This document shows, piece after piece, positions 23,750-31,951 of a DNA stretch of 64,000 bases. The notes beneath the pieces were generated by a model. That model saw nothing but the letters and a program-made list of their open reading frames with translations, searched no databases and was not told where the DNA came from. A program made the position numbers and the translations under genes. Numbering within the stretch: the first letter of the stretch is position 1; every line of letters starts with the position of its first letter. Location of the stretch: IMG/VR virus record IMGVR_UViG_3300005991_000001, one strand, 5' to 3'. This stretch comes from a virus.

Positions 23750-24916
23750 ATGGAAAAGAATGAAATAGTAAAAATTACACCTGAATTACAAGAAGTAGTA
23801 AAAACAAGTGGATTGCCTGATTTAACGAAAGCTGAAAAAATAGCATCAAATTATGCACCGTTTTTTAATCAGGTTTCGGAACAATCAGCCATTTTAAAAA
23901 CCTTAAAAAAAGGCGTAAAGGAAGACGTTGAGGGAGCAAGACGGGTAAGGATTGACCTCGGAAAAATCGCATCGGCAACGGAAGCACAGAAGAAAATAGA
24001 CAAAGAAATTGTGCTTATCGAAACCCGTTTTATCGACTCTTTAAATAACACAGTTGTAAATGCTGCCCGATTAACGCAAGCCGAAGCAAAAGAGATTGAA
24101 GACCATTTTGAAAACATTGAAAAACAGCGTATTCAGCAGCTTCAAATTGACCGTGTAAGTATGCTTACTCCGTTTTATGAAGATGCGCACATGATGAATT
24201 TATCAAGCATGGATGAAGAAGTTTTTCAGGCTTATTTTGATAAGAAAAAGCAGGACTTTGAATTTATTGAAGAAGCTAAAAAACAGGCTGAATTAAAGCG
24301 GATTAAGGACGAAAAGCAAGCCGAGATTGAACGCATTGCTAAAGAAAAATCGATTGCCTTACATAATGAACGCAAAGAAAAAATATTGCCTATATGGAAT
24401 TTTGTTCCTGTCGATAAAAGGGATATGGATTTCTCGGAATTTTCAGAAGAAGCATGGAACAGCCTCTTTGAATTTTCAGCAAAAGAGAAAGAGATTTACA
24501 ACAACGAACAGTTAAAGATAGCGGAGGAAAATAAACGCCTGAAAAAAGAAGCAGAAGAACAGGAAGCAAAAGCCGAGACAGAACGAAAAAAACAGGCTGA
24601 AATTAACCGTAAAAAACAAGAGGAGGCAGATAAATTAATTGCTGCTGAAAAAGCTAAATCGGAAGCATTGGAGGATGAATTAAAAGCCAAAAAAGACGAA
24701 GAAGAACGCCTGAAAAAAGAATGGCAGGATAAACAAGAAGCCGAAGAAAAGCATCGCAAACAAGCCGAAAAAGCACCCGTAAAGGATAAAATGAAACTTT
24801 GGGTTGATTCATTTGTTTTGCCTGAAATTTCCGTACAAAATGAAATCACCACCGAGATAAAGGCTCGTCACGATGGGTTCGTAAAATGGGCTAAAGAACT
24901 AATTGAAAAACTTTAA
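23750..24916 (+). CDS. K/E-rich coiled-coil protein of the recombination module
   Basis: 388 aa with long charged helical stretches (…KKEAEEQEAKAETERKKQAEINRKKQEEADK…). Lies upstream of the exonuclease gene. Confidence 0.6.
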   Translation: MEKNEIVKITPELQEVVKTSGLPDLTKAEKIASNYAPFFNQVSEQSAILKTLKKGVKEDVEGARRVRIDLGKIASATEAQKKIDKEIVLIETRFIDSLNNTVVNAARLTQAEAKEIEDHFENIEKQRIQQLQIDRVSMLTPFYEDAHMMNLSSMDEEVFQAYFDKKKQDFEFIEEAKKQAELKRIKDEKQAEIERIAKEKSIALHNERKEKILPIWNFVPVDKRDMDFSEFSEEAWNSLFEFSAKEKEIYNNEQLKIAEENKRLKKEAEEQEAKAETERKKQAEINRKKQEEADKLIAAEKAKSEALEDELKAKKDEEERLKKEWQDKQEAEEKHRKQAEKAPVKDKMKLWVDSFVLPEISVQNEITTEIKARHDGFVKWAKELIEKL

Positions 24917-24919
24917 GTT

Positions 24920-25462
24920 ATGGCAGAAATAGAAAAAACACCTTGGAGAAAAAACAACGACAAGCGGTATATTTCAGGCGAGGACTTGAAAACAGGAGTT
25001 GAAATGAAAAAAGGATTGAAGCCTGAAATGATAGTTACATTAACATCTTTCAATGATGCTCCTGCTTTCGATTCAAAAATTCAAAAGGAAGTTGATAAAA
25101 CAGCTATTTGGATGAAAGAATATCCGAACGGAAAAATGCTTTATAAGCCTGCGCTACTAAATGTTGAGCGGGGAGAATTTTTATCAAAAGAGATAGGCAA
25201 CGGATCGTTATTTATTGATGATTTTAGTCACGAAATACCCTTTGTGATGTACGCAAAAGTAGATAAAAGGCACGGTCATGTTGTTGCGTTTAAAAAGTAT
25301 TACCCACCATCAGCGGTTTCAGATACGAATGGATTATTTGTTTTATCAACTTCAAAAACACTTGTTGAACTTGCGGAAAATTGGAATAAATTAACGCCAC
25401 AGGAAAAGAATTTGCCCACCGTATTAGCATCAAAAGAAAAACTTAAAAACGAACTGAAATAA
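24920..25462 (+). CDS. hypothetical protein (candidate annealing-protein partner of the exonuclease)
   Basis: 180 aa. Its stop overlaps the start of the YqaJ-like exonuclease. No known SSAP motif seen, so the role is inferred from position only. Confidence 0.55.
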   Translation: MAEIEKTPWRKNNDKRYISGEDLKTGVEMKKGLKPEMIVTLTSFNDAPAFDSKIQKEVDKTAIWMKEYPNGKMLYKPALLNVERGEFLSKEIGNGSLFIDDFSHEIPFVMYAKVDKRHGHVVAFKKYYPPSAVSDTNGLFVLSTSKTLVELAENWNKLTPQEKNLPTVLASKEKLKNELK

Positions 25463-26169
25463 TGAAAAAATATACAGAATTTGAGCAAGGTAGCTTTGAA
25501 TGGCTGCAAATGAAATGGGCTAAAATTGGCGGTACATTAGGCGGTGGATTGTTTGTGAATTCAGATACATTAATGATTGATATTCTTTCACAGAGATTAG
25601 AGGAGTTTCAGCCTGATTACGGTTACGAAAATGCCGCTATGATCAGGGGTTCAGAATTAGAACCTGAAGGTGTTGGATTCCTGAACCTATACACAGGGCT
25701 TAAATTTGAAAGCGTTGGTTGGCTTCAATGTGAATTAAATGAACTACTTGGAATTAGCCCAGACGGAATTACAGCAACAGACAAAGAAGCTTGCGAAATT
25801 AAATGTCCCGAAAGAAAAGAACACACAGAGACAATTTTAGCTGATGAAATTCCGAAAAAACACATCAAACAATGTGTGCATTATTTTATTGTTAATCCAA
25901 AACTAGAGCGGTTATTTTTCTGCTCATTTCGTCCTGAATCGGTTAAAAACTTCGTAAAAAAATTAACTTTAGATAGTGATGTAGATTTAGGGTGGACAAA
26001 AAAAATCAAAGTAACTAGACCTAATGCAAAGGGTGTTGATTATGATTATACTGAAATAGTTCCTGACATTAAAACAGTTCGTGAATGGGTAAAAATCGCA
26101 CGAAATGAAGCAGATATTTTACTCGCTGAAATTCAGGTTGCAGAAAATAAATTAAGGCAAAATTTTTAG
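25462..26169 (+). CDS. YqaJ/lambda-Exo-like PD-(D/E)XK recombination exonuclease
   Basis: LGISPDGITATDKEACEIKCPERKEH matches the SPDG...E-x-K-c-P signature of YqaJ-type viral recombinases. Confidence 0.8.
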   Translation: MKKYTEFEQGSFEWLQMKWAKIGGTLGGGLFVNSDTLMIDILSQRLEEFQPDYGYENAAMIRGSELEPEGVGFLNLYTGLKFESVGWLQCELNELLGISPDGITATDKEACEIKCPERKEHTETILADEIPKKHIKQCVHYFIVNPKLERLFFCSFRPESVKNFVKKLTLDSDVDLGWTKKIKVTRPNAKGVDYDYTEIVPDIKTVREWVKIARNEADILLAEIQVAENKLRQNF

Positions 26170-26172
26170 GAC

Positions 26173-26319
26173 ATGAAAACCACACACAAACCACTCAATT
26201 CCGTAGAGTTACGGAAAATATTGGAAAGTAAAAGACGGATGAATATGCCAAACATTGGTATTTATCACTTTGAAAAAGGACAAAATAAGTCCATGAAAAA
26301 CAGATTTAGACGTTTATAG
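26173..26319 (+). CDS. small basic hypothetical protein (48 aa)
   Basis: Hand translation MKTTHKPLNSVELRKILESKRRMNMPNIGIYHFEKGQNKSMKNRFRRL. Below the track cut-off. Confidence 0.3.
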   Translation: MKTTHKPLNSVELRKILESKRRMNMPNIGIYHFEKGQNKSMKNRFRRL

Positions 26320-26341
26320 TGGAATTACAAAGCGTGAATAT

Positions 26342-26479
26342 ATGGCTACTCAAATAATGGCTGGTTTATCAGCAAATAGATGGAGTATGGAGCTTGGTAA
26401 CTATACTATTGAAATGCTTTCTGAAATGGCGGTTAATCAAGCGGATTCTTTGCTAGAAGCACTATCTAAGCCTTATTAA
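26342..26479 (+). CDS. small hypothetical protein (45 aa)
   Basis: Hand translation MATQIMAGLSANRWSMELGNYTIEMLSEMAVNQADSLLEALSKPY. The same frame is open a few codons upstream (..ITKREY). Confidence 0.35.
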   Translation: MATQIMAGLSANRWSMELGNYTIEMLSEMAVNQADSLLEALSKPY

Positions 26480-26560
26480 TTTTACTATGAAACAACTAAC
26501 AATTTTCATCATTGCGTTGCCTTACTGGTGCGCTTTGATGGTAACTTTAAATTATTGATT

Positions 26561-26806
26561 ATGAGAAAATTTTTAACAATATTATTTGATAAATATAAAA
26601 AAACAAATAATTGGAAAGAGGTTAATAAAACACATGAAAACCTATTTATCATAGGCGCAGAATCAATCCTCTTAAGGAATGGTTTATTATTGGAAAAGTA
26701 CTTTGAATCTAAAAATGAACATGAACATAACTTACTAAACGAAGATCAGCAAAAACAGTTAATACGGGATTTCAGCGGTTGGTGTGTATCAAATCCTGAA
26801 CTTTAA
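26561..26806 (+). CDS. hypothetical protein
   Basis: Track ORF trimmed to the ATG at 26561. The identical 21-nt upstream segment AACTTTAAATTATTGATTATG also precedes the next gene. Confidence 0.55.
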   Translation: MRKFLTILFDKYKKTNNWKEVNKTHENLFIIGAESILLRNGLLLEKYFESKNEHEHNLLNEDQQKQLIRDFSGWCVSNPEL

Positions 26807-26816
26807 ATTATTGATT

Positions 26817-27176
26817 ATGGAAAACATTGATGTAAAAGACGCTAAAATCACTATTAAAGTGAAAGCAAAAACAGGCTATTCATGTAATATGTCTGCTGAA
26901 ATTTCAGCCCGACAATGGGGTGATATAAACAAGGTTATCAATAGCCAACTTAGTTCGTTTGTGATGAAAGACAAAGACGGAAACCCTATTTTAATGGGTC
27001 AAAAATTTCAGTTTACTTACATATCAAAAGATAAGGATGAAAAATTGATTGTTATGGTGGGTCAATTCCGACTCGATACAGCAGAATTAAGGTATGAAAT
27101 AGAAATTGGTGATAATTTACCATACTCATGTCTTTGGTATGATTCCGCAAGAATGAGTGAATTTAAACTATTATAA
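26817..27176 (+). CDS. hypothetical protein
   Basis: Track ORF trimmed to the ATG at 26817 (MENIDVKDAKI...), preceded by the same 21-nt segment. Confidence 0.55.
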   Translation: MENIDVKDAKITIKVKAKTGYSCNMSAEISARQWGDINKVINSQLSSFVMKDKDGNPILMGQKFQFTYISKDKDEKLIVMVGQFRLDTAELRYEIEIGDNLPYSCLWYDSARMSEFKLL

Positions 27177-27178
27177 TC

Positions 27179-27472
27179 ATGGAAAAACTTACAACCCGAA
27201 CAGGCGAATATTTCTTCAACCAAATGACAGAGATTGAACGTGACGAATTTTGTCATGAATTTGACAGCCAAATGTATTTCGTCCATCGAGCAGGATTAAC
27301 ATTCGAGCAATGGATGAATAAGGAATTTAAAACTTTTGAGCATTTTTTAGAATATTCTTTTGATTTCACTAAGTCAAGGCAAGCCAAATTTTCAGGGCAA
27401 AAGGGGAGGGCTTATTGGTTTTGGATTAGCATTCAATACAACGTATCACAGCCAACAGGATTTGGCGGTTAA
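27179..27472 (+). CDS. hypothetical protein
   Basis: 97-aa track ORF, tightly packed. Confidence 0.55.
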   Translation: MEKLTTRTGEYFFNQMTEIERDEFCHEFDSQMYFVHRAGLTFEQWMNKEFKTFEHFLEYSFDFTKSRQAKFSGQKGRAYWFWISIQYNVSQPTGFGG

Positions 27473-27484
27473 AAACTAGAGATT

Positions 27485-27907
27485 ATGGAAAAGGAATTTA
27501 AACACGAAACAAAAATAGGTCAAAAAGTATTTTTGATTAGCATAGGGCTTTATTCGGACGGCAATCAAAAAGCGTGTACGATTTATAAAGAAGGAGTTCA
27601 TATTGAAGAACTTAAAATTGTATTCCAAACAGAATACAAGATAGCTTTAAATGACAAATGGATTACTTGCCTTGATAGACAGGAAAAAGACAAACGAAAG
27701 GATTCTATTTACTCGTTTATCGGATATTCGTCAATTTTCATCAAAACAAAAGAAACGTATGCTCCTAATGGAATTTTTGCAAGAATTTATGTTTTAGGCG
27801 GTGTAGATAAGGAAATTAAAAAGCTGAAAGCTGAAATGGTTGCGCTGGTCGAAAAAGAATATGGATTCTTAGCGAATGGATTTAAAGATAAAATATGGGC
27901 GTTATAA
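27485..27907 (+). CDS. hypothetical protein
   Basis: 140-aa track ORF. Confidence 0.6.
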   Translation: MEKEFKHETKIGQKVFLISIGLYSDGNQKACTIYKEGVHIEELKIVFQTEYKIALNDKWITCLDRQEKDKRKDSIYSFIGYSSIFIKTKETYAPNGIFARIYVLGGVDKEIKKLKAEMVALVEKEYGFLANGFKDKIWAL

Positions 27908-27925
27908 ACATTAAAACAAAAAACT

Positions 27926-28204
27926 ATGTACCACCAAATGACATCACAAAAACCAATACCAACTCGCAAAAACACAATTTACCGAACAAAGAAAGAAACC
28001 GTTTTTGAACCCGAAAGCCTAGCTAATTGCAAAATAGTATCGTATTTGGCTAATAAAGGCACAGGAAGCAATAAAAACGTTTCATTCGACCTATTCGATA
28101 ATGTAACTAAAATAAAGGAAGTGAATGGTTTTATTCATGCCGTTGGGATAAATTACTTAACAAATGTATCAACCGTATTAATTTTGAAAGTATGCAAAAG
28201 ATAA
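27926..28204 (+). CDS. hypothetical protein
   Basis: 92-aa track ORF. Confidence 0.5.
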   Translation: MYHQMTSQKPIPTRKNTIYRTKKETVFEPESLANCKIVSYLANKGTGSNKNVSFDLFDNVTKIKEVNGFIHAVGINYLTNVSTVLILKVCKR

Positions 28205-28443
28205 AAGTAGGGGAAAATCAGCCAGTTGATTGCAATAAGTGTGAATCAAAGCAAGGTTATCAGTATTCAGATTTCATGTCGTTGCATTACACGGTATTTC
28301 ATAATAAAAACGGTGCGTACGAAGGTGGTCAATATTCGGAGGGGGCCAAAATCCTTAACAAAGCAATAACTCCATACTGTTGTAACTGCGGTAAAAGACT
28401 AGGATTCAAATTAAACCGAGAACATTCAGAAATCCTTGAATAA
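28192..28443 (+). CDS. zinc-ribbon-like small protein
   Basis: 83 aa with CNKC ... CCNCGK Cys pairs. Confidence 0.55.
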   Translation: MQKIKVGENQPVDCNKCESKQGYQYSDFMSLHYTVFHNKNGAYEGGQYSEGAKILNKAITPYCCNCGKRLGFKLNREHSEILE

Positions 28444-28494
28444 AAAAAGAAATCCAAAAATAGTCGATTTGATTTTACTTAAATATTAAAAACC

Positions 28495-28746
28495 ATGCAA
28501 AAAGAAAACCACAAAAAAGTAGGACAAAGATCAACTTTCGCACAAGAAGTTGAATTTAAAATCAAAGCTAAAGAGAATCTAATCCAAGAGGCGTGCGATT
28601 TACGTAATTCAACGGGAAGTGATCATATTGATTTCTCTGAGATTAATTCTAAGATTAATAACATGAGAATGGATATAGATACTTTGAGAGATAAACTAAA
28701 AACAAAGCCCCATGTTTATGGGAATGAATTTAGATTAAACAATTAA
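28495..28746 (+). CDS. hypothetical protein
   Basis: 83-aa track ORF. Confidence 0.55.
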   Translation: MQKENHKKVGQRSTFAQEVEFKIKAKENLIQEACDLRNSTGSDHIDFSEINSKINNMRMDIDTLRDKLKTKPHVYGNEFRLNN

Positions 28747-28793
28747 ATAATCCAAATATGGCATATTTTAGCAATAAATTAAAATCGAATTAA

Positions 28794-29006
28794 TTGAGAA
28801 AAGTAAGAATAATTGAAAGAACAATGCCTGATGGTAGAATAGAATTTACAATACAACAACGACACTTTCTGTTTTTTTGGTGGTGGGTCGATGCTTGGAT
28901 GAATAATGATGTTTCAACAACAGATAGTTTTTCAACATTAGAAGAAGCACAAAAAAACTTATGCTATTTTGATGGAACGAAATGTCGTGAAGAAGTGGTT
29001 ATGTAG
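28794..29006 (+). CDS. hypothetical Trp-rich small protein
   Basis: 70 aa from a TTG start (ATG alternative at 28824). FLFFWWWVDAW segment. Confidence 0.5.
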   Translation: MRKVRIIERTMPDGRIEFTIQQRHFLFFWWWVDAWMNNDVSTTDSFSTLEEAQKNLCYFDGTKCREEVVM

Positions 29007-29021
29007 CACTTGCCACTAACG

Positions 29022-29049
29022 GTTTCGGGCTTGGCGAAGAAGCCGAAAC
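29022..29049 (+). other. stable intercistronic hairpin (no U-tract)
   Basis: GTTTCGG(g)CTT / AAGCCGAAAC with loop GGCGAAG, 16 nt after the preceding stop. Confidence 0.5.
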
Positions 29050-29091
29050 GAAAAGTTAAATCGAAGAACAAAACTTAAAAATTAGAACAAT

Positions 29092-29388
29092 ATGTCAAAC
29101 GAAGAACAAAACGGCTTTTTTGCCAAACCCGTGTTACCTGCTGTGCTTATTTGCGATTGCAGTAGCCGTGAACACCAAATTATCATTGAACACGACAATG
29201 AAGATAACTTAACCTACTGCCATATTCATTTGGTAAAACACGGCTTTTGGAGAAGATTGAAAGCTGGTTTAAAATACATATTTGGTTATAAATGCAGATA
29301 CGGACAATGGGATGAATTTATATTGAAACCTGAACACGCTAACCAGCTTCGTGAATTGTCGGAGTTGTTGTTAAAGCATAGCAGGTAA
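29092..29388 (+). CDS. hypothetical protein sharing its first 8 codons with the C5-methyltransferase gene
   Basis: 98 aa. The first 24 nt, ATGTCAAACGAAGAACAAAACGGC, are identical to 30083-30106. Confidence 0.6.
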   Translation: MSNEEQNGFFAKPVLPAVLICDCSSREHQIIIEHDNEDNLTYCHIHLVKHGFWRRLKAGLKYIFGYKCRYGQWDEFILKPEHANQLRELSELLLKHSR

Positions 29389-29505
29389 CGTTTTGCAGAT
29401 TTGTGAAGTTAAAAATGGCTACTTCACACTTCATTTTAAGCACTAAACCAAATGCCATTTTTAATTTAACAAATGTGCTGTTAGCAGCAGTTAATTTTAG
29501 AAACA

Positions 29506-29793
29506 ATGAGTTATTTTAACAACGAAAAACAAGACAATTTTAAAGCCGATTTTGGTTTTACCGCACCACACAGAACTACAGCAAAGTGCAAAAATCCAGT
29601 TTTCGCAGACCATTATTTGCACAGAATAGCATTAATGAAGGATGAACATTTTGGGAGCAAAGGTGATAGAGATGAAAACGGGTTAGCAGGATGGGTTTCA
29701 AAACATATTTGCACAGGGTGCGGTAAAAAATATAAGGTAGATAAAATTGGCGGATGGTTTCACCCTGATGCCGTTAGTGAGCAGTCGGCTTAA
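29506..29793 (+). CDS. hypothetical protein
   Basis: 95 aa with CxxC near the C-terminus. Bracketed by a 10-bp inverted repeat, GTTAGCAGCA (29480) / TGCTGCTAAC (29795). Confidence 0.6.
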   Translation: MSYFNNEKQDNFKADFGFTAPHRTTAKCKNPVFADHYLHRIALMKDEHFGSKGDRDENGLAGWVSKHICTGCGKKYKVDKIGGWFHPDAVSEQSA

Positions 29794-29800
29794 TTGCTGC

Positions 29801-29852
29801 TAACTCAACAATTGACGAAGTCCGAGTTAAAAAACAATATTTAAAACACGAA
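29801..29852 (+). promoter_or_regulatory. conserved bipartite intergenic module, copy 4
   Basis: TAACTCAACAATTGACGAAGT - 14 nt - AATATTTAAAACACGAA, ending 2 nt before the ATG at 29855. Confidence 0.5.
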
Positions 29853-29854
29853 AG

Positions 29855-30031
29855 ATGAAATATTTAGTAAGTTATACAGAAACGGGTGAGCAAAAGTGCT
29901 TTTATACAAATTGGTTTGACAAAGATAACCATTTCAATGCCGAATTAAATATGGTTGTATTTAATTTACTTAGTCATAAATATACATCGAATGGAATTGA
30001 TTGGATGGATATTGATGAAGATCATTTATAG
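29855..30031 (+). CDS. small hypothetical protein (58 aa)
   Basis: Hand translation MKYLVSYTETGEQKCFYTNWFDKDNHFNAELNMVVFNLLSHKYTSNGIDWMDIDEDHL. Below the track cut-off. Confidence 0.45.
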   Translation: MKYLVSYTETGEQKCFYTNWFDKDNHFNAELNMVVFNLLSHKYTSNGIDWMDIDEDHL

Positions 30032-30082
30032 GGTGATAAAATCTCCAAATACGGCATATATTAACAATTTAAAATGTATCAA

Positions 30083-30832
30083 ATGTCAAACGAAGAACAA
30101 AACGGCAATATAATGCGAAACGAAAACGTGAATGAACCACAAAATAAGCAATCTTGCCAAACAAGTGTTACAGGAAGTTCGGTTTATAAAATACTGAACT
30201 TATACGCTTGTTTGGGGGGTAATCGTTATAAATGGGATGAAGTGGCGAATATTGAAGTAACAGCCGTTGAGATTGATGCAGAAATTGCCGAAAAATATCA
30301 AGAGAGGTTTCCAAACGATAAAGTAATAATTGCAGATGCTCACCAATATTTACTTAACCATTACAAAGAATTTGATTTTATATGGAGTTCACCTCCTTGT
30401 CCGAGCCACAGTAAAGTAAGATTTACACAAAAAAACAAAGGATTTTATATTCCAGTTTACCCCGAAATGAGTTTATATCAAGAGATAATATTTTTAGAAA
30501 CTCATTTCGATGGAAAATATTGCGTTGAAAATGTTATTCCGTATTATAGACCACTTATTCCGGGAAAGAAAAGGGGTAGGCATTTATACTGGACTAATTT
30601 CAATTTACCAAGTAATATTGGAGAAAGAGATTTCACAGGGATAATGTGTGGTCAAAGTAATGATGAACACAAGAAACTTGAAGCGTTTCACAATTTAAAA
30701 ATAAATGCAAATTTAGGGGGGTATCGTGACGTATTAAGAAACCTAGTTGATTATGAAGTAGGAAAAACAATATTAGAAACTGTATTAGGAATAGTAAATA
30801 AATCAAATACACGACAAGCAACACTTTTTTAA
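30083..30832 (+). CDS. compact DNA (cytosine-5) methyltransferase-like protein
   Basis: ILNLYACLGG (motif I-like), SSPPCPSHS (motif IV Pro-Cys), CVENV (motif VI), KKRGRH (motif VIII-like). At about 250 aa it is short for the family. Alternative start at 30074. Confidence 0.65.
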   Translation: MSNEEQNGNIMRNENVNEPQNKQSCQTSVTGSSVYKILNLYACLGGNRYKWDEVANIEVTAVEIDAEIAEKYQERFPNDKVIIADAHQYLLNHYKEFDFIWSSPPCPSHSKVRFTQKNKGFYIPVYPEMSLYQEIIFLETHFDGKYCVENVIPYYRPLIPGKKRGRHLYWTNFNLPSNIGERDFTGIMCGQSNDEHKKLEAFHNLKINANLGGYRDVLRNLVDYEVGKTILETVLGIVNKSNTRQATLF

Positions 30833-30908
30833 ACACACATTACCAACAAAAAAAATTGATAGTAGATTGCTACTAGGGAATTATTAGACAACTATTAAAA
30901 CGTATCAA

Positions 30909-31283
30909 ATGGAAAAATATAGACCAAGCAACGGAACAGAGGGTATGATTTTTATCGACTCAAACTGCCGTAATTGTATTCATGGAAAATATGAGCATAC
31001 AGGCAATACAAAGGATAAACCTTGCGATATTCTAACAAGGTCGTTTTGTTTTGATTTGAAAGATAATGAATACCCTGCTGAATGGCAATATAATAGCGAA
31101 AACCAGCCTACTTGCACATCGTTTATTAAGTGGGATTGGGATCAGGATGATGATGGAAACTGGAATGATCCCGAACCAATAGAACCCGAAGACCCAAATC
31201 AATTATGCTTTCCATTTATTTTGGAAGAAATTGAAGAAAACATTATTAACCAAAAACAAGAAGTAAATTATGAAAGTAGATGA
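30909..31283 (+). CDS. hypothetical Cys-containing protein with acidic C-terminal half
   Basis: 124 aa. YRPSNGTEGMIFIDSNCRNC N-terminus and a DWDQDDDGNWNDPEPIEPEDP segment. Confidence 0.6.
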   Translation: MEKYRPSNGTEGMIFIDSNCRNCIHGKYEHTGNTKDKPCDILTRSFCFDLKDNEYPAEWQYNSENQPTCTSFIKWDWDQDDDGNWNDPEPIEPEDPNQLCFPFILEEIEENIINQKQEVNYESR

Positions 31284-31809
31284 AAAATACCAATCATTAT
31301 TTGATCACATGAGCGAAAATCATGGATTAATTTTAACGATTACAGAAATGGACAAAATTATTTTCGAGGTACTAAAAATGATGCCAGAAAGTAGCGAAAA
31401 AAAATATTATGCTGGGCACGAAATAGGCTATAAATTAAATGGGATAGTTTACGTTAAAAAGGATAAAGAACAAAAGCCTCATATTGTTGTTTCTATTGAT
31501 TTAAAGCCATTTGGACGGACTAGATATTTTGTTAAAAACGGAGCGGTAACACGTAATTTTCAAGAGCATGAACTAAGTAATAGTATGAGTAAGGAACACT
31601 TCCAATCCATATTAAATAATCGTAAAAACATTGATAATACGGAAATACCTAAACCAGAAACAAACATTTGTGACTGCGGAAAACCTGCCGTTGAAAGCTT
31701 TGATCCTTGTTGCTCTATGAGTTGTTGGGAGGAAATGTTTGAAAACCTAGAACCGAGAGAAATCCCCGAAGAAAAACGCCCGAAAATAATTCCATTAAAA
31801 TCGGATTAA
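31270..31809 (+). CDS. hypothetical protein
   Basis: 179-aa track ORF with a C-terminal Cys cluster (CDCGKPAVESFDPCCSMSC). Confidence 0.6.
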   Translation: MKVDEKYQSLFDHMSENHGLILTITEMDKIIFEVLKMMPESSEKKYYAGHEIGYKLNGIVYVKKDKEQKPHIVVSIDLKPFGRTRYFVKNGAVTRNFQEHELSNSMSKEHFQSILNNRKNIDNTEIPKPETNICDCGKPAVESFDPCCSMSCWEEMFENLEPREIPEEKRPKIIPLKSD

Positions 31810-31823
31810 TTAAAAATAAACAT

Positions 31824-31831
31824 TATATTTG
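31824..31831 (+). promoter_or_regulatory. candidate -7 box upstream of the HNH leader
   Basis: TATATTTG, 120 nt upstream of the HNH ATG. Confidence 0.4.
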
Positions 31832-31837
31832 TATCTG

Positions 31838-31951
31838 TAAATTACAACCACATGACAGCAAAATTTTTATTAGCATCCGTAAATTGGAAAGCCTCGTGGT
31901 TGTGGCTACTGATTTCGGGTGCTAATACCCATTAAATTACAACCACATAAA
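31838..31951 (+). promoter_or_regulatory. leader with duplicated 16-nt box and complementary anti-box
   Basis: TAAATTACAACCACAT at 31838-31853 and 31933-31948. GTGGTTGT (31896-31903) can pair with ACAACCAC of either box. The second box ends 3 nt before the ATG. Confidence 0.4.
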
